From an uncultured bacterium (GTDB lineage: Bacteria > Fidelibacterota > Marinisomatia > Marinisomatales > JABMOV01), in contig CAZZIU010000003.1 of assembly GCA_964654545.1 (NCBI GenBank), positions 73,201-137,200 of the forward strand: 64,000 nucleotides of DNA, in the 5' to 3' direction. Below the pieces are notes generated by a model that was not told where the DNA came from, did not search any database, and saw only the letters and a list, made by a program, of their open reading frames with translations. The first letter of the stretch is position 1, and every line of letters begins with the position of its first letter. Below, piece after piece: positions 22,497-31,792 of the stretch. The position numbers were made by a program, and so were the translations under genes.

Positions 22497-24341
22497 ATGG
22501 CTTTAGTAGAATGTGTTCCCAATTTCAGTGAGGGCCGCGATAAAAATATTATTGATTCTATTACCGCAGCGATTACATCAGTAGAAGGAATTACTCTACT
22601 GGATGTGGACCCAGGGAAAGATACAAATCGAACAGTCGTAACGATGGTAGGCGATATTCCAGCAGTGGAAGAGGCAGCTTTTAGAGGAATCCAGAAAGCC
22701 GCTGAACTTATTGATATGAATAAACATAAGGGGGCTCATCCACGGATGGGGGCGACGGATGTTTGCCCATTCATACCTGTAAATGAGGTCTCGATTGATG
22801 ATTGTATCGCCATGTCAAAGCGGGTTGGGGACCGTGTTGGTAAGGAGTTGAATATTCCTGTATATCTTTATGAACATTCTGCACAAAAACCGGACCGTGT
22901 GAATCTGGCAAATATTCGTGAGGGTGAATATGAGGGATTAGCAAAGAAATTGCTAGACCCCAATTGGACGCCAGATTTTGGACCAAAACAAATGCATCAG
23001 ACAGCTGGCGCAGTAGTGATGGGCTGTCGTGAATTTCTAATTGCATACAATATTAACCTGAATACCCGAGACAAACGTCTTGCAACCGATATTGCATTTG
23101 AGCTTCGTGAAAAGGGTAGAACGATTCGTGAAAAATTGCCGGATTCAAACAATTATCTGGATGGAAAAATCATTAGATATAGTCACGCCAGCTATCCATG
23201 TTCATACTGTTCTGAAGCATTTGCCAAGACAGCAGATCTCACAGAACATAGTCTGAAAGCCCATTCCTTCGATATAAAGGAATACTGGAAAACGATTGGG
23301 TACGATGAAAAAAATCTAAAGGGAAAATCAGTAAAGCGACCGGGACATTTTAAAGATGTAAAAGCAATCGGATGGTATATCGATGAATTCAGGCGAGCAC
23401 AAATTTCAATTAACTTTACAAACTATAAAACATCCACTATTCACGATGTTTTCAATAAAGCCTGTGAAATAGCTGAATCAAGAGGAGTCCGTGTTACGGG
23501 GAGTGAATTGGTTGGATTAATACCATTGGAAGCACTGTTAATGGCTGGTCGAGACTATTTAAACAAGCAGCAAAGAACGACTGGAATCCCGCAAAACATC
23601 ATTGTCGAAACGGCAATTCAATCCCTTGGATTGGACGAATTAACACCTTTTAATCCAAAAGAAAAAATTATTGATTTTGCTGTAGAATCTGGCGATAGCG
23701 GAAACCTGATGCAATTAAAGGCCAAAGATTTTGTTGCGGAATGTTCCACAAATAGTCCAGCACCAGGGGGAGGAAGCGTTGCTGCAATGGCTGGCAGTTT
23801 AGGCGCTGCTCTTACGTCCATGGTGGCTGCATTAACACACGAAAAACCAGGCTTTAATGAAGTAAAACCGGCAATGCTTACTGTGGGAGAACAGTCGCAA
23901 AAAATCATGGATCGCCTCATCGTTCTTGTTGATGAAGATACGGAAGCGTTTAATCGTGTGATGGCGGCTAACCGATTGCCCGCTGAAAGCGAAAAAGAAA
24001 AAAATGAAAAAAAACGAGCAATTATGGCTGCGAATCATTATGCTGTTGAGATACCTCTAGAAGTTGCGAAACTTTCATGTGAAATGATGAAATTGGCCAA
24101 AGAAATGGTGTTAAATGGAAATCCTAATTCAGTGAGTGATTCAGGTGTTGCCGGCGAAGTAGGGTTTGCGGCAGTTCGGGGTGCAATTCTAAATGTATAT
24201 ATTAATATAGCAGGAATGAAAGACGATCCATCATTTTATGATAATATGAAGCGTGAAGCGCAAAATGTTTTGAAAGATTCAATAGTACTGCATCAGGAAA
24301 TATTTGATAAAACAATGGCAATTATTCAAGGGGACTCATGA
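22497..24341 (+). CDS. Bifunctional glutamate formimidoyltransferase / formimidoyltetrahydrofolate cyclodeaminase, with an inserted C2H2-like segment
   Basis: The N-terminus MALVECVPNFSEGRD is typical of the formiminotransferase domain. The C-terminal cyclodeaminase domain carries SPAPGGGSVAAMAGSLGAAL. Start moved from track GTG 22413 to ATG 22497, which has a GAGGA SD. Insert at about nt 23120-23340. Confidence 0.9.
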   Translation: MALVECVPNFSEGRDKNIIDSITAAITSVEGITLLDVDPGKDTNRTVVTMVGDIPAVEEAAFRGIQKAAELIDMNKHKGAHPRMGATDVCPFIPVNEVSIDDCIAMSKRVGDRVGKELNIPVYLYEHSAQKPDRVNLANIREGEYEGLAKKLLDPNWTPDFGPKQMHQTAGAVVMGCREFLIAYNINLNTRDKRLATDIAFELREKGRTIREKLPDSNNYLDGKIIRYSHASYPCSYCSEAFAKTADLTEHSLKAHSFDIKEYWKTIGYDEKNLKGKSVKRPGHFKDVKAIGWYIDEFRRAQISINFTNYKTSTIHDVFNKACEIAESRGVRVTGSELVGLIPLEALLMAGRDYLNKQQRTTGIPQNIIVETAIQSLGLDELTPFNPKEKIIDFAVESGDSGNLMQLKAKDFVAECSTNSPAPGGGSVAAMAGSLGAALTSMVAALTHEKPGFNEVKPAMLTVGEQSQKIMDRLIVLVDEDTEAFNRVMAANRLPAESEKEKNEKKRAIMAANHYAVEIPLEVAKLSCEMMKLAKEMVLNGNPNSVSDSGVAGEVGFAAVRGAILNVYINIAGMKDDPSFYDNMKREAQNVLKDSIVLHQEIFDKTMAIIQGDS

Positions 24342-26137
24342 GCAGAATTGCTCCCCTATCTGAAGACCTAAGGAACAAAATTTCTGCCGGTGAAGTGGTT
24401 GAACGTCCGGCATCCGTCGTAAAAGAATTGGTGGAAAATAGTGTTGATTCCGGTGCCACCCAGATTGAAATAGTGGTGGAACGGGGTGGCCACCAATTGA
24501 TCCAGGTAACGGATGATGGTAATGGCATTCCCAAAGACGATATTGCACTTTGTTTTCAACGTTATACCACGAGTAAAATATCAACCGTCGATGATTTATT
24601 TCAGATTGGAACGTTGGGTTTCAGGGGGGAAGCTCTGGCAAGTATCGCTTCCGTATCCGAAGTATCCGTAATCACCTCTACCGGGAATTCAGATGAAGCA
24701 TGGACAGCATCAATAGTAGATGGTAAAATGGATGATGTTTTACCAGGGGCTGGTGAAAAGGGAACGCGCATTTCCATTTCGTCTCTGTTCTTCAATACAC
24801 CTGCGCGAAAAAAATTCCTGAAATCCCCTAAGGTTGAACTGAGACATGTTGTTGATGTGGTGCAGCGCTACGCCCTATCGTATCCTGAGATTCGATTTGA
24901 CCTTATCGCGGATGGTAAACAATTGCTTCAACTGATTCCAGCTCAAATAACAGATCGGATTAATGATATTTTTGATCCAACATACGCAAAAAAATTATTA
25001 CCTGTTGTTATTGATAAGGGAGATTATCATTTCGATGGATATATTGGAAATCTGGATTTGGTACGTTCACGCCCCGGGAGTCAATTTTTATTTTTAAACA
25101 GAAGATTTATTAAAGATCGTTTGCTCAATTCAGCCATCTATCATGGATTTCGTTCATTGATTAAAAGGGGTGAGTATCCGTTTTTTGTCCTCAATATGTA
25201 CATTCCCCATGGACAGGTAGATGTGAATGTACACCCAATGAAAACTGAGGTACGATTCCGCGATGAATGGCGTGTTTACCACTTATTAAAAAGTGGAGTG
25301 GAAGAAGCACTGAGCGATATAATTAAAACAATACCATCCTTTCATCCTGGTGCGGATCTACCATTGTCCACGAATCAATTAAGCTTTTCTCCTCCAATTC
25401 GTCCTCAGAATTCTGCACCGCACACATCGAACCTGAGTGCGGGTGTATCCATTCAACATGAAAATAGATCACCAGTACAAGAGGGTAGCCGTTACAATCA
25501 ATTTGAGGAATTGGAAAGAGCAAAATCGTACGTATCCGGATTGGCTGCAAGGACTGAATCATCTGGTAGCATTTCTACTGAGAATATCTGGCAGGTACAC
25601 AACAAGTATATCATAGCACAAATTGACAGTGGTCTTGTCATCATTGATCAACATGTCGCACATGAAAGAATCCTTTACGAGGAGGCTATGACTGCCCTTG
25701 AGGATAAACCTTTACCATCACAAACACTTCTATTTCCTGAAATAATCACTTTTTCTGTTGAAGACTTTTCTGTCCTGGTGGATGTCATTCCATACCTGGA
25801 GAAAATTGGATTTCGAATGAAAGAGGGCGGTAAAAACACGGTTAGAATAGAAGCAGTCCCTACTGAAATCGGCTGGGGAAGTGAAAAGCAGGTAATGCTG
25901 GATATAATTGATCATTATATTAGTCACCAGAAAGAATATTCTTCTTTTCAGGAAAATCTATCTGCATCTTATGCTTGTCATGCAGCAGTAAAGGCAGGAG
26001 ATCCGCTAACAATAGAGGAAATGCAGGCGTTGGTTAATCGTCTGTTTGCAACAAAGCATCCCTATTATTGTCCTCACGGACGCCCAATTATCGTTCAAAT
26101 GTCACTGGATGAATTGGATGAACGTTTCGAACGATAG
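24338..26137 (+). CDS. mutL: DNA mismatch repair protein MutL
   Basis: 599 aa. GHKL ATPase motifs VVKELVENSVDSGAT, DDGNGI, GFRGEAL. C-terminal endonuclease-type domain with CPHGRP. ATGA overlap with the upstream gene. Confidence 0.96.
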   Translation: MSRIAPLSEDLRNKISAGEVVERPASVVKELVENSVDSGATQIEIVVERGGHQLIQVTDDGNGIPKDDIALCFQRYTTSKISTVDDLFQIGTLGFRGEALASIASVSEVSVITSTGNSDEAWTASIVDGKMDDVLPGAGEKGTRISISSLFFNTPARKKFLKSPKVELRHVVDVVQRYALSYPEIRFDLIADGKQLLQLIPAQITDRINDIFDPTYAKKLLPVVIDKGDYHFDGYIGNLDLVRSRPGSQFLFLNRRFIKDRLLNSAIYHGFRSLIKRGEYPFFVLNMYIPHGQVDVNVHPMKTEVRFRDEWRVYHLLKSGVEEALSDIIKTIPSFHPGADLPLSTNQLSFSPPIRPQNSAPHTSNLSAGVSIQHENRSPVQEGSRYNQFEELERAKSYVSGLAARTESSGSISTENIWQVHNKYIIAQIDSGLVIIDQHVAHERILYEEAMTALEDKPLPSQTLLFPEIITFSVEDFSVLVDVIPYLEKIGFRMKEGGKNTVRIEAVPTEIGWGSEKQVMLDIIDHYISHQKEYSSFQENLSASYACHAAVKAGDPLTIEEMQALVNRLFATKHPYYCPHGRPIIVQMSLDELDERFER

Positions 26138-26157
26138 CTAATACGTCACCAAATTAA

Positions 26158-27462
26158 TTAATCACTCACTGCCTGCATGGTGGAACCTACTTTTTCATTC
26201 CGATTTTCGTATTCCTTTATAATCAGATAATACCAGGATACACCTATAACGTAGAGCATGGATGTCATCAGGAATATTTTGTAATATTCCAAATCCAATG
26301 CTCTTAGAGTTTGGAATATTTTTGCACTGAGAAACCATGATGCACTCCAGATACTTGAAGTAAGGGCACTGATCAGCTCTTGATTTTTCTCCCCAACGTA
26401 TTTCATGGTTAATTCAGAGGTTAGAGGATTTGCCATGTTCATGAGTGGTTGTCGGAACAGAAAGCATCCGACAGCAAGATAAAATATTCCATTTATATGT
26501 TGAAATACCTCAGTTAGCGCTAATACCAACAGAAATACAATCGATAAAAACTGGGTACCCAGTATAACTATTTTAAATCCGAATATTCGGCGTATGTTAG
26601 GCACAAAAAATGCCCCAATCAATACAAGAAAAGCAGCAATACTACCATAAATACTAAATTCTTGAGAATCAACAAGAAACACAGAATAAAAGAACAGATT
26701 AATAAATGGAATAGTGAGTCCTGCACCTACTGAAATTATTAGTGTGGGTACAATTGCTTTAAGGATAAGATTCCAATCGTATTCATGTCTGAAAGCTTTG
26801 AAATTCCGTACAAATTTACTCGACGATGATCTAGGCGGTCCTTCTTCAATGCCTAGCATAATGAAAAATGCGGTCAGACTAAGCAAAATTAGGACATAGA
26901 GTATATTTGCTTCGTCCAGATTCCACGAATACAATCCAAAGGAAATGCTGCCAATATTCGTCAGTATTGTAATGAGAATTCCAGCCAGAATCATCGATAT
27001 AAACCAGGTTGAAAAGTTCATGGACAATGACTCAGAAACAACAGAGTCGGGAGTGATCCGCATAATAAATGGAATTACACAAACTTGGAGTAACATGAGT
27101 CCCACACCCCAGGATAGAAAACTTAAATGCAATAATCCATCATTTTGAGATTTGATAGCTGTAATAACAAAAAAAGAAGCAACCGGTATTGCGATAGAAG
27201 CGACGATAAAAAATGGTTTTAATCTTTTGCCTTTTATATAGATACCGAACGGAAAAGCAAATACCAGTACACCTAAAAACCGATAGGAAGTATAGTTGGC
27301 AATTTGAGCGTCAGAATAGCCGTGTTTGCGTAACAGAATATTTAGAATCAGGATAAATGCGGAATTAACTACAAAGAGCATTAGTTCGGCTATACTTAAG
27401 AGCACAACCGATCGTGGAACCAGGTAGTATTTTTGTAATATGGATAACATATTCTTAACCAT
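26158..27462 (-). CDS. MFS-type transporter (polytopic membrane protein)
   Basis: 434 aa and highly hydrophobic, with about 12 predicted TM segments judged by eye. It is the only minus-strand gene in the window. No specific subfamily recognised. Confidence 0.7.
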   Translation of the reverse strand: MVKNMLSILQKYYLVPRSVVLLSIAELMLFVVNSAFILILNILLRKHGYSDAQIANYTSYRFLGVLVFAFPFGIYIKGKRLKPFFIVASIAIPVASFFVITAIKSQNDGLLHLSFLSWGVGLMLLQVCVIPFIMRITPDSVVSESLSMNFSTWFISMILAGILITILTNIGSISFGLYSWNLDEANILYVLILLSLTAFFIMLGIEEGPPRSSSSKFVRNFKAFRHEYDWNLILKAIVPTLIISVGAGLTIPFINLFFYSVFLVDSQEFSIYGSIAAFLVLIGAFFVPNIRRIFGFKIVILGTQFLSIVFLLVLALTEVFQHINGIFYLAVGCFLFRQPLMNMANPLTSELTMKYVGEKNQELISALTSSIWSASWFLSAKIFQTLRALDLEYYKIFLMTSMLYVIGVSWYYLIIKEYENRNEKVGSTMQAVSD

Positions 27463-27634
27463 GACACAAAATTAGGATGTACGGACGTAGGAATGAATCA
27501 GAGAAATTTGGTAAGTACTACGAATTTTCCTGAGAAGGATGACAGTAATTACCGCAAAGCTTTCAAGTTACATATTTATTGTTTACAATACTTATCTCTT
27601 CTAATTTTATCTGCTGTATCCGAATTGAAAACAG

Positions 27635-28972
27635 ATGCTTGAACAACTAACTGAACGATTTGATTCTATTTTCCGCAACTTGCGCGGATTGGGTAAAATC
27701 ACAGATTCGAACATCCATCAGACTGCACGAGAAATTCGTAGGGTTCTGCTGGAAGCTGATGTGAATTTTTCTGTTGCAAAGAATTTCGTTCAACGGGTAA
27801 GTGAAAAAGCCGAAGGAACGAAGGTTGTTAAGTCGGTAAAACCCGGTGAGCAATTTATTAAGATCATTCGGGACCAGTTAGTTGAGCTCTTTGGAAAAAC
27901 GAGTCATCCACTTGAAATTGATAGCAAAAAGACCGGGGTGATTTTGTTAGCCGGATTACAAGGATCAGGCAAAACCACTACTGCTGCCAAATTAGCCCAT
28001 TATTTAATAAAACACGGTAAATCGGTATTGTTAGTCGCAGCGGATGTGTATCGTCCAGCTGCTATTGATCAATTGAAAGTACTTGGAGAAAGCATTCAGT
28101 GTGAAGTGTATTCCGAAGGCCTTGGCGATCCGGTTAAGTTGTGCGATCGTGGAATCAAGTATGCCGAAAGTCAGAATATCCAGACAGTGATACTTGATAC
28201 GGCAGGTCGATTACACGTGGATGGCGAAATGATGGTTGAAATTCAGGCAATCTCCGAAAAGGTAAATCCGGACGAGATTTTGTTTGTAGTAGACGGTATG
28301 ACCGGGCAAGATGCGGTCAACTCTGCGCTGGCATTTAATAATGCGTTAAGGCTTACTGGTACGATACTAACCAAGCTTGATGGTGATGCGCGTGGTGGAG
28401 CGGCAGTCAGCATCAGTGAAGTAACCGGTATACCGATACGGTTTATTGGAACATCCGAAAAAATGGAAGGTCTGGAATTCTTTGACCCGCACCGGATGGT
28501 GGATCGCATCCTGGGATTCGGCGATGTTATTTCACTGGTTGAAAAAGCGCAGGAATCGGTCGATTCCGATGAGATTGAACGAATTCAGAAAAGACTTAGT
28601 CAACAACAATTTGATTTAGAGGATTTTCGATCGCAATTGAAGCAAATTGGTAAAATGGGCTCCATGAGCCAGCTGTTGGGAATGCTTCCGGGAATGAACA
28701 GAAAAATGATGAAGCAGGTCAACGTTGACGACAAGCAAATGGTATGGATGGAAGCAATCATCAATTCCATGACTCCATATGAACGAAAGAAGCCATCGTT
28801 GATAAACGGTAGCCGAAGGAAGCGAATTGCATTGGGATCTGGACGAAGTTTGCAGGAAGTAAATCAATTGCTAAAGCAATTTCATCAATTGCAAAAGATG
28901 ATGAAACGTTTTAATCCAGGCAAATTGCCAAAAGGATTAAAAATGAAAGACGCATTTGAACAATTTATGTAA
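27635..28972 (+). CDS. ffh: Signal recognition particle protein Ffh
   Basis: 445 aa. GTPase motifs GLQGSGKTTT, DTAGR, TKLDGD. Met-rich M domain (MGSMSQLLGMLPGMNRKMM). Confidence 0.97.
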   Translation: MLEQLTERFDSIFRNLRGLGKITDSNIHQTAREIRRVLLEADVNFSVAKNFVQRVSEKAEGTKVVKSVKPGEQFIKIIRDQLVELFGKTSHPLEIDSKKTGVILLAGLQGSGKTTTAAKLAHYLIKHGKSVLLVAADVYRPAAIDQLKVLGESIQCEVYSEGLGDPVKLCDRGIKYAESQNIQTVILDTAGRLHVDGEMMVEIQAISEKVNPDEILFVVDGMTGQDAVNSALAFNNALRLTGTILTKLDGDARGGAAVSISEVTGIPIRFIGTSEKMEGLEFFDPHRMVDRILGFGDVISLVEKAQESVDSDEIERIQKRLSQQQFDLEDFRSQLKQIGKMGSMSQLLGMLPGMNRKMMKQVNVDDKQMVWMEAIINSMTPYERKKPSLINGSRRKRIALGSGRSLQEVNQLLKQFHQLQKMMKRFNPGKLPKGLKMKDAFEQFM

Positions 28973-28979
28973 TTTCGTA

Positions 28980-29011
28980 TTGACATCTTATGCGAAATAC
29001 GGGAAATAATT
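28980..29011 (+). promoter_or_regulatory. Possible sigma70-like promoter for the rpsP operon (TTGACA, then an A/T-rich -10 around GAAATAAT)
   Basis: TTGACA at 28980-28985, with a -10-like AATAAT/GAAATA 17-19 nt downstream, about 30 nt before the SD AAGGAG of rpsP. Match by eye only. Confidence 0.3.
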
Positions 29012-29037
29012 GAATAGTAAACAAAGGAGAAGATAGT

Positions 29038-29883
29038 TTGGCGACAAAAATAAGACTGAAACGAGTAGGAAGACGGAATCGTCCTTTTTATCGTGTTGTT
29101 GTCATTGATTCGCGTGCTCGTCGTGACGGTGCCGCGATTGAGGAATTGGGATGGTATAACCCAATTACTGGCGACAAAGAGAATAATTATTTTTTAAAAG
29201 AAGATCGAGTTTTACATTGGCTTGGTACTGGTGCCCAACCAACTGAAATTGCCCACCATTTATTCAAACGGGCAGGCATTGCCCACAAATGGCACCTGAT
29301 GAAACAAGGCCTTGATGAAAAAGCTTTAGAAAAAGAAATGCAAAAATGGGCATTGGGAAAAGAAGCGGCAAAGAAGAAAAAAGCAGAAAAAAAGGCCGAG
29401 AAAAAAGCCAAGGCCGCTCCAGAACCTGAACCGCAAGAAGAGACTGTTGAAGCTGTAGATGCAGAAGTAACGGATGAAGTTGCTGAAGAAAAACCAGCCG
29501 TTGAAGCGGTAGAAACGACTGAAAAATCCGCAGAATCTGAGCCAGTGGAAGAAGCTAAAACAGAGGGATCGGAATCAGTAGAAGAAGTTGAAGAAGCGGA
29601 AAATACGGAAGAAAAGAAGGCTGAAGAGTCGACAGCAGAAATGACTGAGGAATCGACTGAGGAAGACGCCGCGACGGAAAAAGAAGATCAGACAGAAAAA
29701 GCTGAAGTGATAAAAAAGGATGATAGTGCTAAAAAAAGTGCCCAGGAAGAGACTTCAGAACCGGAAGTAGCAGCAGAAGCGGAAGAAAGTGCTGAAGCAG
29801 AAGAAGTTGCTGAGGAATCCGGCGAAGATGAAACAGCTGAAAAGGCTGACGAAGACGAATCTTCTAAAAAAGAAGATAAATAA
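29038..29883 (+). CDS. rpsP: 30S ribosomal protein S16 with a long acidic C-terminal extension
   Basis: The N-terminal ~90 aa (MATKIRLKRVGRRNRPFYRVVVIDSRARRDG...) is canonical S16. About 190 aa of E/A/K/T-rich low-complexity sequence follows. TTG start 8 nt after AAGGAG. Confidence 0.9.
   Translation: MATKIRLKRVGRRNRPFYRVVVIDSRARRDGAAIEELGWYNPITGDKENNYFLKEDRVLHWLGTGAQPTEIAHHLFKRAGIAHKWHLMKQGLDEKALEKEMQKWALGKEAAKKKKAEKKAEKKAKAAPEPEPQEETVEAVDAEVTDEVAEEKPAVEAVETTEKSAESEPVEEAKTEGSESVEEVEEAENTEEKKAEESTAEMTEESTEEDAATEKEDQTEKAEVIKKDDSAKKSAQEETSEPEVAAEAEESAEAEEVAEESGEDETAEKADEDESSKKEDK
29380..29880 (+). repeat. Compositionally biased (GAA/GCN/AAA-rich) coding region encoding the S16 acidic tail
   Basis: Visible runs of gaa/gaag/gctgaa codons. 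No exact tandem unit found by eye. Confidence 0.6.
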
Positions 29884-29925
29884 TCCAAACTCAAGCAGGG
29901 TAATGCCAGACAAGGAGTACAGGAT

Positions 29926-30162
29926 ATGAAGGACTTCATCGAATATGTAGTGAAATTACTAGTTGATAAACCAGATGAAGTAGAAGTCAACAGTGTTGAA
30001 ACGGAAAAACGAATCATTTATGAATTAACAGTTGGCGAAGGTGATTACGGTAAAGTCATTGGAAAGGGTGGGAAAAATATTTCATCCATCCGGTCTTTGG
30101 TCTTTGCAATTAATGCCAAGCAGGGTGGAAAACGTGCCCGTCTGGACGTAATCGACCGCTAA
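29926..30162 (+). CDS. KH-domain RNA-binding protein (YlqC/UPF0109 family)
   Basis: 78 aa. GXXG loop VIGKGGKNISSIR. Conserved position between rpsP and rimM. Confidence 0.9.
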   Translation: MKDFIEYVVKLLVDKPDEVEVNSVETEKRIIYELTVGEGDYGKVIGKGGKNISSIRSLVFAINAKQGGKRARLDVIDR

Positions 30163-30163
30163 A

Positions 30164-30664
30164 ATGCAAGACCTGTTTGCCATAGCAAAAGTAACCCGTG
30201 CTTCCGGACTGAATGGGGAAGTGCGTGTCCGACCATTGTCACGATATTTTGACAGCTATGTTGAGGATAAACCACTGTTTATTGGTTTATCTAAAAACAT
30301 GAGCCGCGAAGTGAAATTGAAAGAAAAGATTGGTATTGGCAAAAAGGTGCGTTTTCAATTTAATGGTGTAGAATCGCGGGACGAAGCAGAGGCATTGATT
30401 GGGCAATATGTCTATGTTGCCGTAGATCATTCCGATCGCATTCATTGGATCGCCGAAGATTTGTTAGGTGCCGATGTCATATCCAATGATGGAGAGTACG
30501 TTGGGATTCTAGCAGAAATTTTATGGTTACCCAATAACGATGTCTATGTTATTAAAAATGGAGAACGGGAAGTACTTATCCCGGTAATACCGGAAATAAT
30601 TAAGAATGTGGATTTGACCGGCGGTGTTGTTGTAATCAGCCCAATGGATGGTCTGTTGGATTGA
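30164..30664 (+). CDS. rimM: 16S rRNA processing protein RimM
   Basis: 166 aa. GLNGEVRV N-terminal barrel and PRC-barrel C-terminus. rpsP-rimM-trmD-rplS synteny. Confidence 0.92.
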   Translation: MQDLFAIAKVTRASGLNGEVRVRPLSRYFDSYVEDKPLFIGLSKNMSREVKLKEKIGIGKKVRFQFNGVESRDEAEALIGQYVYVAVDHSDRIHWIAEDLLGADVISNDGEYVGILAEILWLPNNDVYVIKNGEREVLIPVIPEIIKNVDLTGGVVVISPMDGLLD

Positions 30665-31386
30665 AACAGATTGGTGTCATAACACCAGTCCCATCTGTCA
30701 TTGAAACCTATGTTCAAAACAGCATGTTGCGGCAGGCTGTAGATAAGGGCATTGTTCATTTTCAGGTGGTAAATCTGCGGGATTTTGCTCAAGGAAATTA
30801 TCGTCAGATAGATGATACTCCTTTTGGGGGCGGCCCTGGAATGGTAATGATGGCCGAACCTCTTTTGAAAGCAATCGAGCAGACCAAAAAGGATTTGAAA
30901 TTTCCTACCGGTGGAAGCGTTGTGTACCCTTCTGCCCAAGGAAAACAATGGTCTCATGATTTGGCAGAAAAATTTAGCCAGGTCGAAAAGCTTATTTTCA
31001 TTTGTGGTCATTACAAAGGCATAGATGAGCGAGTCCTCGAACGTGAAGTCACGCATGAGATTTCAATCGGCGATTTCATTTTGTCCTGTGGAGAAATTGC
31101 AACGTTGACGATAATTGATAGTATCGTTAGATTGATTCCGGGGGTATTGAATGCTCAAGAATCAGCCAATACCGATTCGTTCCCAACGGGGTTGCTGGAT
31201 GCACCCTATTATACCAAACCAAGAAATTTGGATGGTATGGAAGTCCCGGAAGTATTGGTAAGCGGGCATCATGGAAAAATAAATGAGTGGCGACAAAAGA
31301 AACGAGAAAATAAAACCAGGATTAAGCGTCCTGATTTGTGGCATAAATATTTAAAAGAAAAGAAAGATTCGGAGAAGGAATCATGA
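30661..31386 (+). CDS. trmD: tRNA (guanine37-N1)-methyltransferase TrmD
   Basis: 241 aa. The TTG start overlaps the rimM stop (TTGA). SAM-knot motifs [24 protein letters not shown] and [11 protein letters not shown]. Confidence 0.96.
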   Translation: MKQIGVITPVPSVIETYVQNSMLRQAVDKGIVHFQVVNLRDFAQGNYRQIDDTPFGGGPGMVMMAEPLLKAIEQTKKDLKFPTGGSVVYPSAQGKQWSHDLAEKFSQVEKLIFICGHYKGIDERVLEREVTHEISIGDFILSCGEIATLTIIDSIVRLIPGVLNAQESANTDSFPTGLLDAPYYTKPRNLDGMEVPEVLVSGHHGKINEWRQKKRENKTRIKRPDLWHKYLKEKKDSEKES

Positions 31387-31724
31387 ACAAATTGCAAGAG
31401 GTTGGCAAGGCACAATTAAAGGAAAATATTCCTGACTTTAATCCTGGAGACACAGTAGCAGTTGATGTACGTGTTGTCGAAGGTGGAAAAGAACGTATTC
31501 AACGATACCAGGGTGTCGTACTTGGTCGCAAAGGTGGTGGAATTGAAGAATCCTTTACCGTGCGGAAAATTTCAGGCGGTGTTGGCGTAGAAAGGATATT
31601 TCCTTTGCATTCACCCATGGTCGCAAGTATCGAAGTTGTCCGCCGTGGTAAAGTACGAAGAGCCAAATTGAATTACCTGAAAAAATTGACTGGGAAAGCA
31701 GCTCGGATTCAGGAAAAACGATAA
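31383..31724 (+). CDS. rplS: 50S ribosomal protein L19
   Basis: 113 aa. [32 protein letters not shown] overlap with trmD. Confidence 0.97.
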   Translation: MNKLQEVGKAQLKENIPDFNPGDTVAVDVRVVEGGKERIQRYQGVVLGRKGGGIEESFTVRKISGGVGVERIFPLHSPMVASIEVVRRGKVRRAKLNYLKKLTGKAARIQEKR

Positions 31725-31747
31725 ATTACACTTTTAACCTTAATAAA

Positions 31748-31776
31748 AATCCCCTGACCCAAAGGGGATTTTTTGT
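31748..31776 (+). terminator. Rho-independent terminator after rplS
   Basis: Stem AATCCCCT / AGGGGATT (31748-31755 / 31763-31770), 7-nt loop, then a T-run. Ends only about 15 nt before the next gene's ATG. Confidence 0.75.
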
Positions 31777-31792
31777 TTAGGTGAGATTGCAA

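Noticed and set aside
28973-29000. Imperfect hairpin ATTTCGTA...TGCGAAAT after ffh, considered as a terminator
   Set aside because: One mismatch in an 8-bp stem and no T-run. The same bases overlap a better-matching TTGACA -35 element for the rpsP operon.
29688-30017. Ser-rich 109-aa minus-strand ORF (a similar case is 56180-56503, antisense to the Q/E-rich gene)
   Set aside because: These are mirror images of GAA/CAG-rich low-complexity coding DNA. Such regions stay open on the opposite strand by composition alone.
30544-31056. 170-aa minus-strand ORF
   Set aside because: It is entirely antisense to rimM/trmD, which have unambiguous family motifs and conserved synteny. The product has no recognisable motif or SD and looks like a chance ORF.
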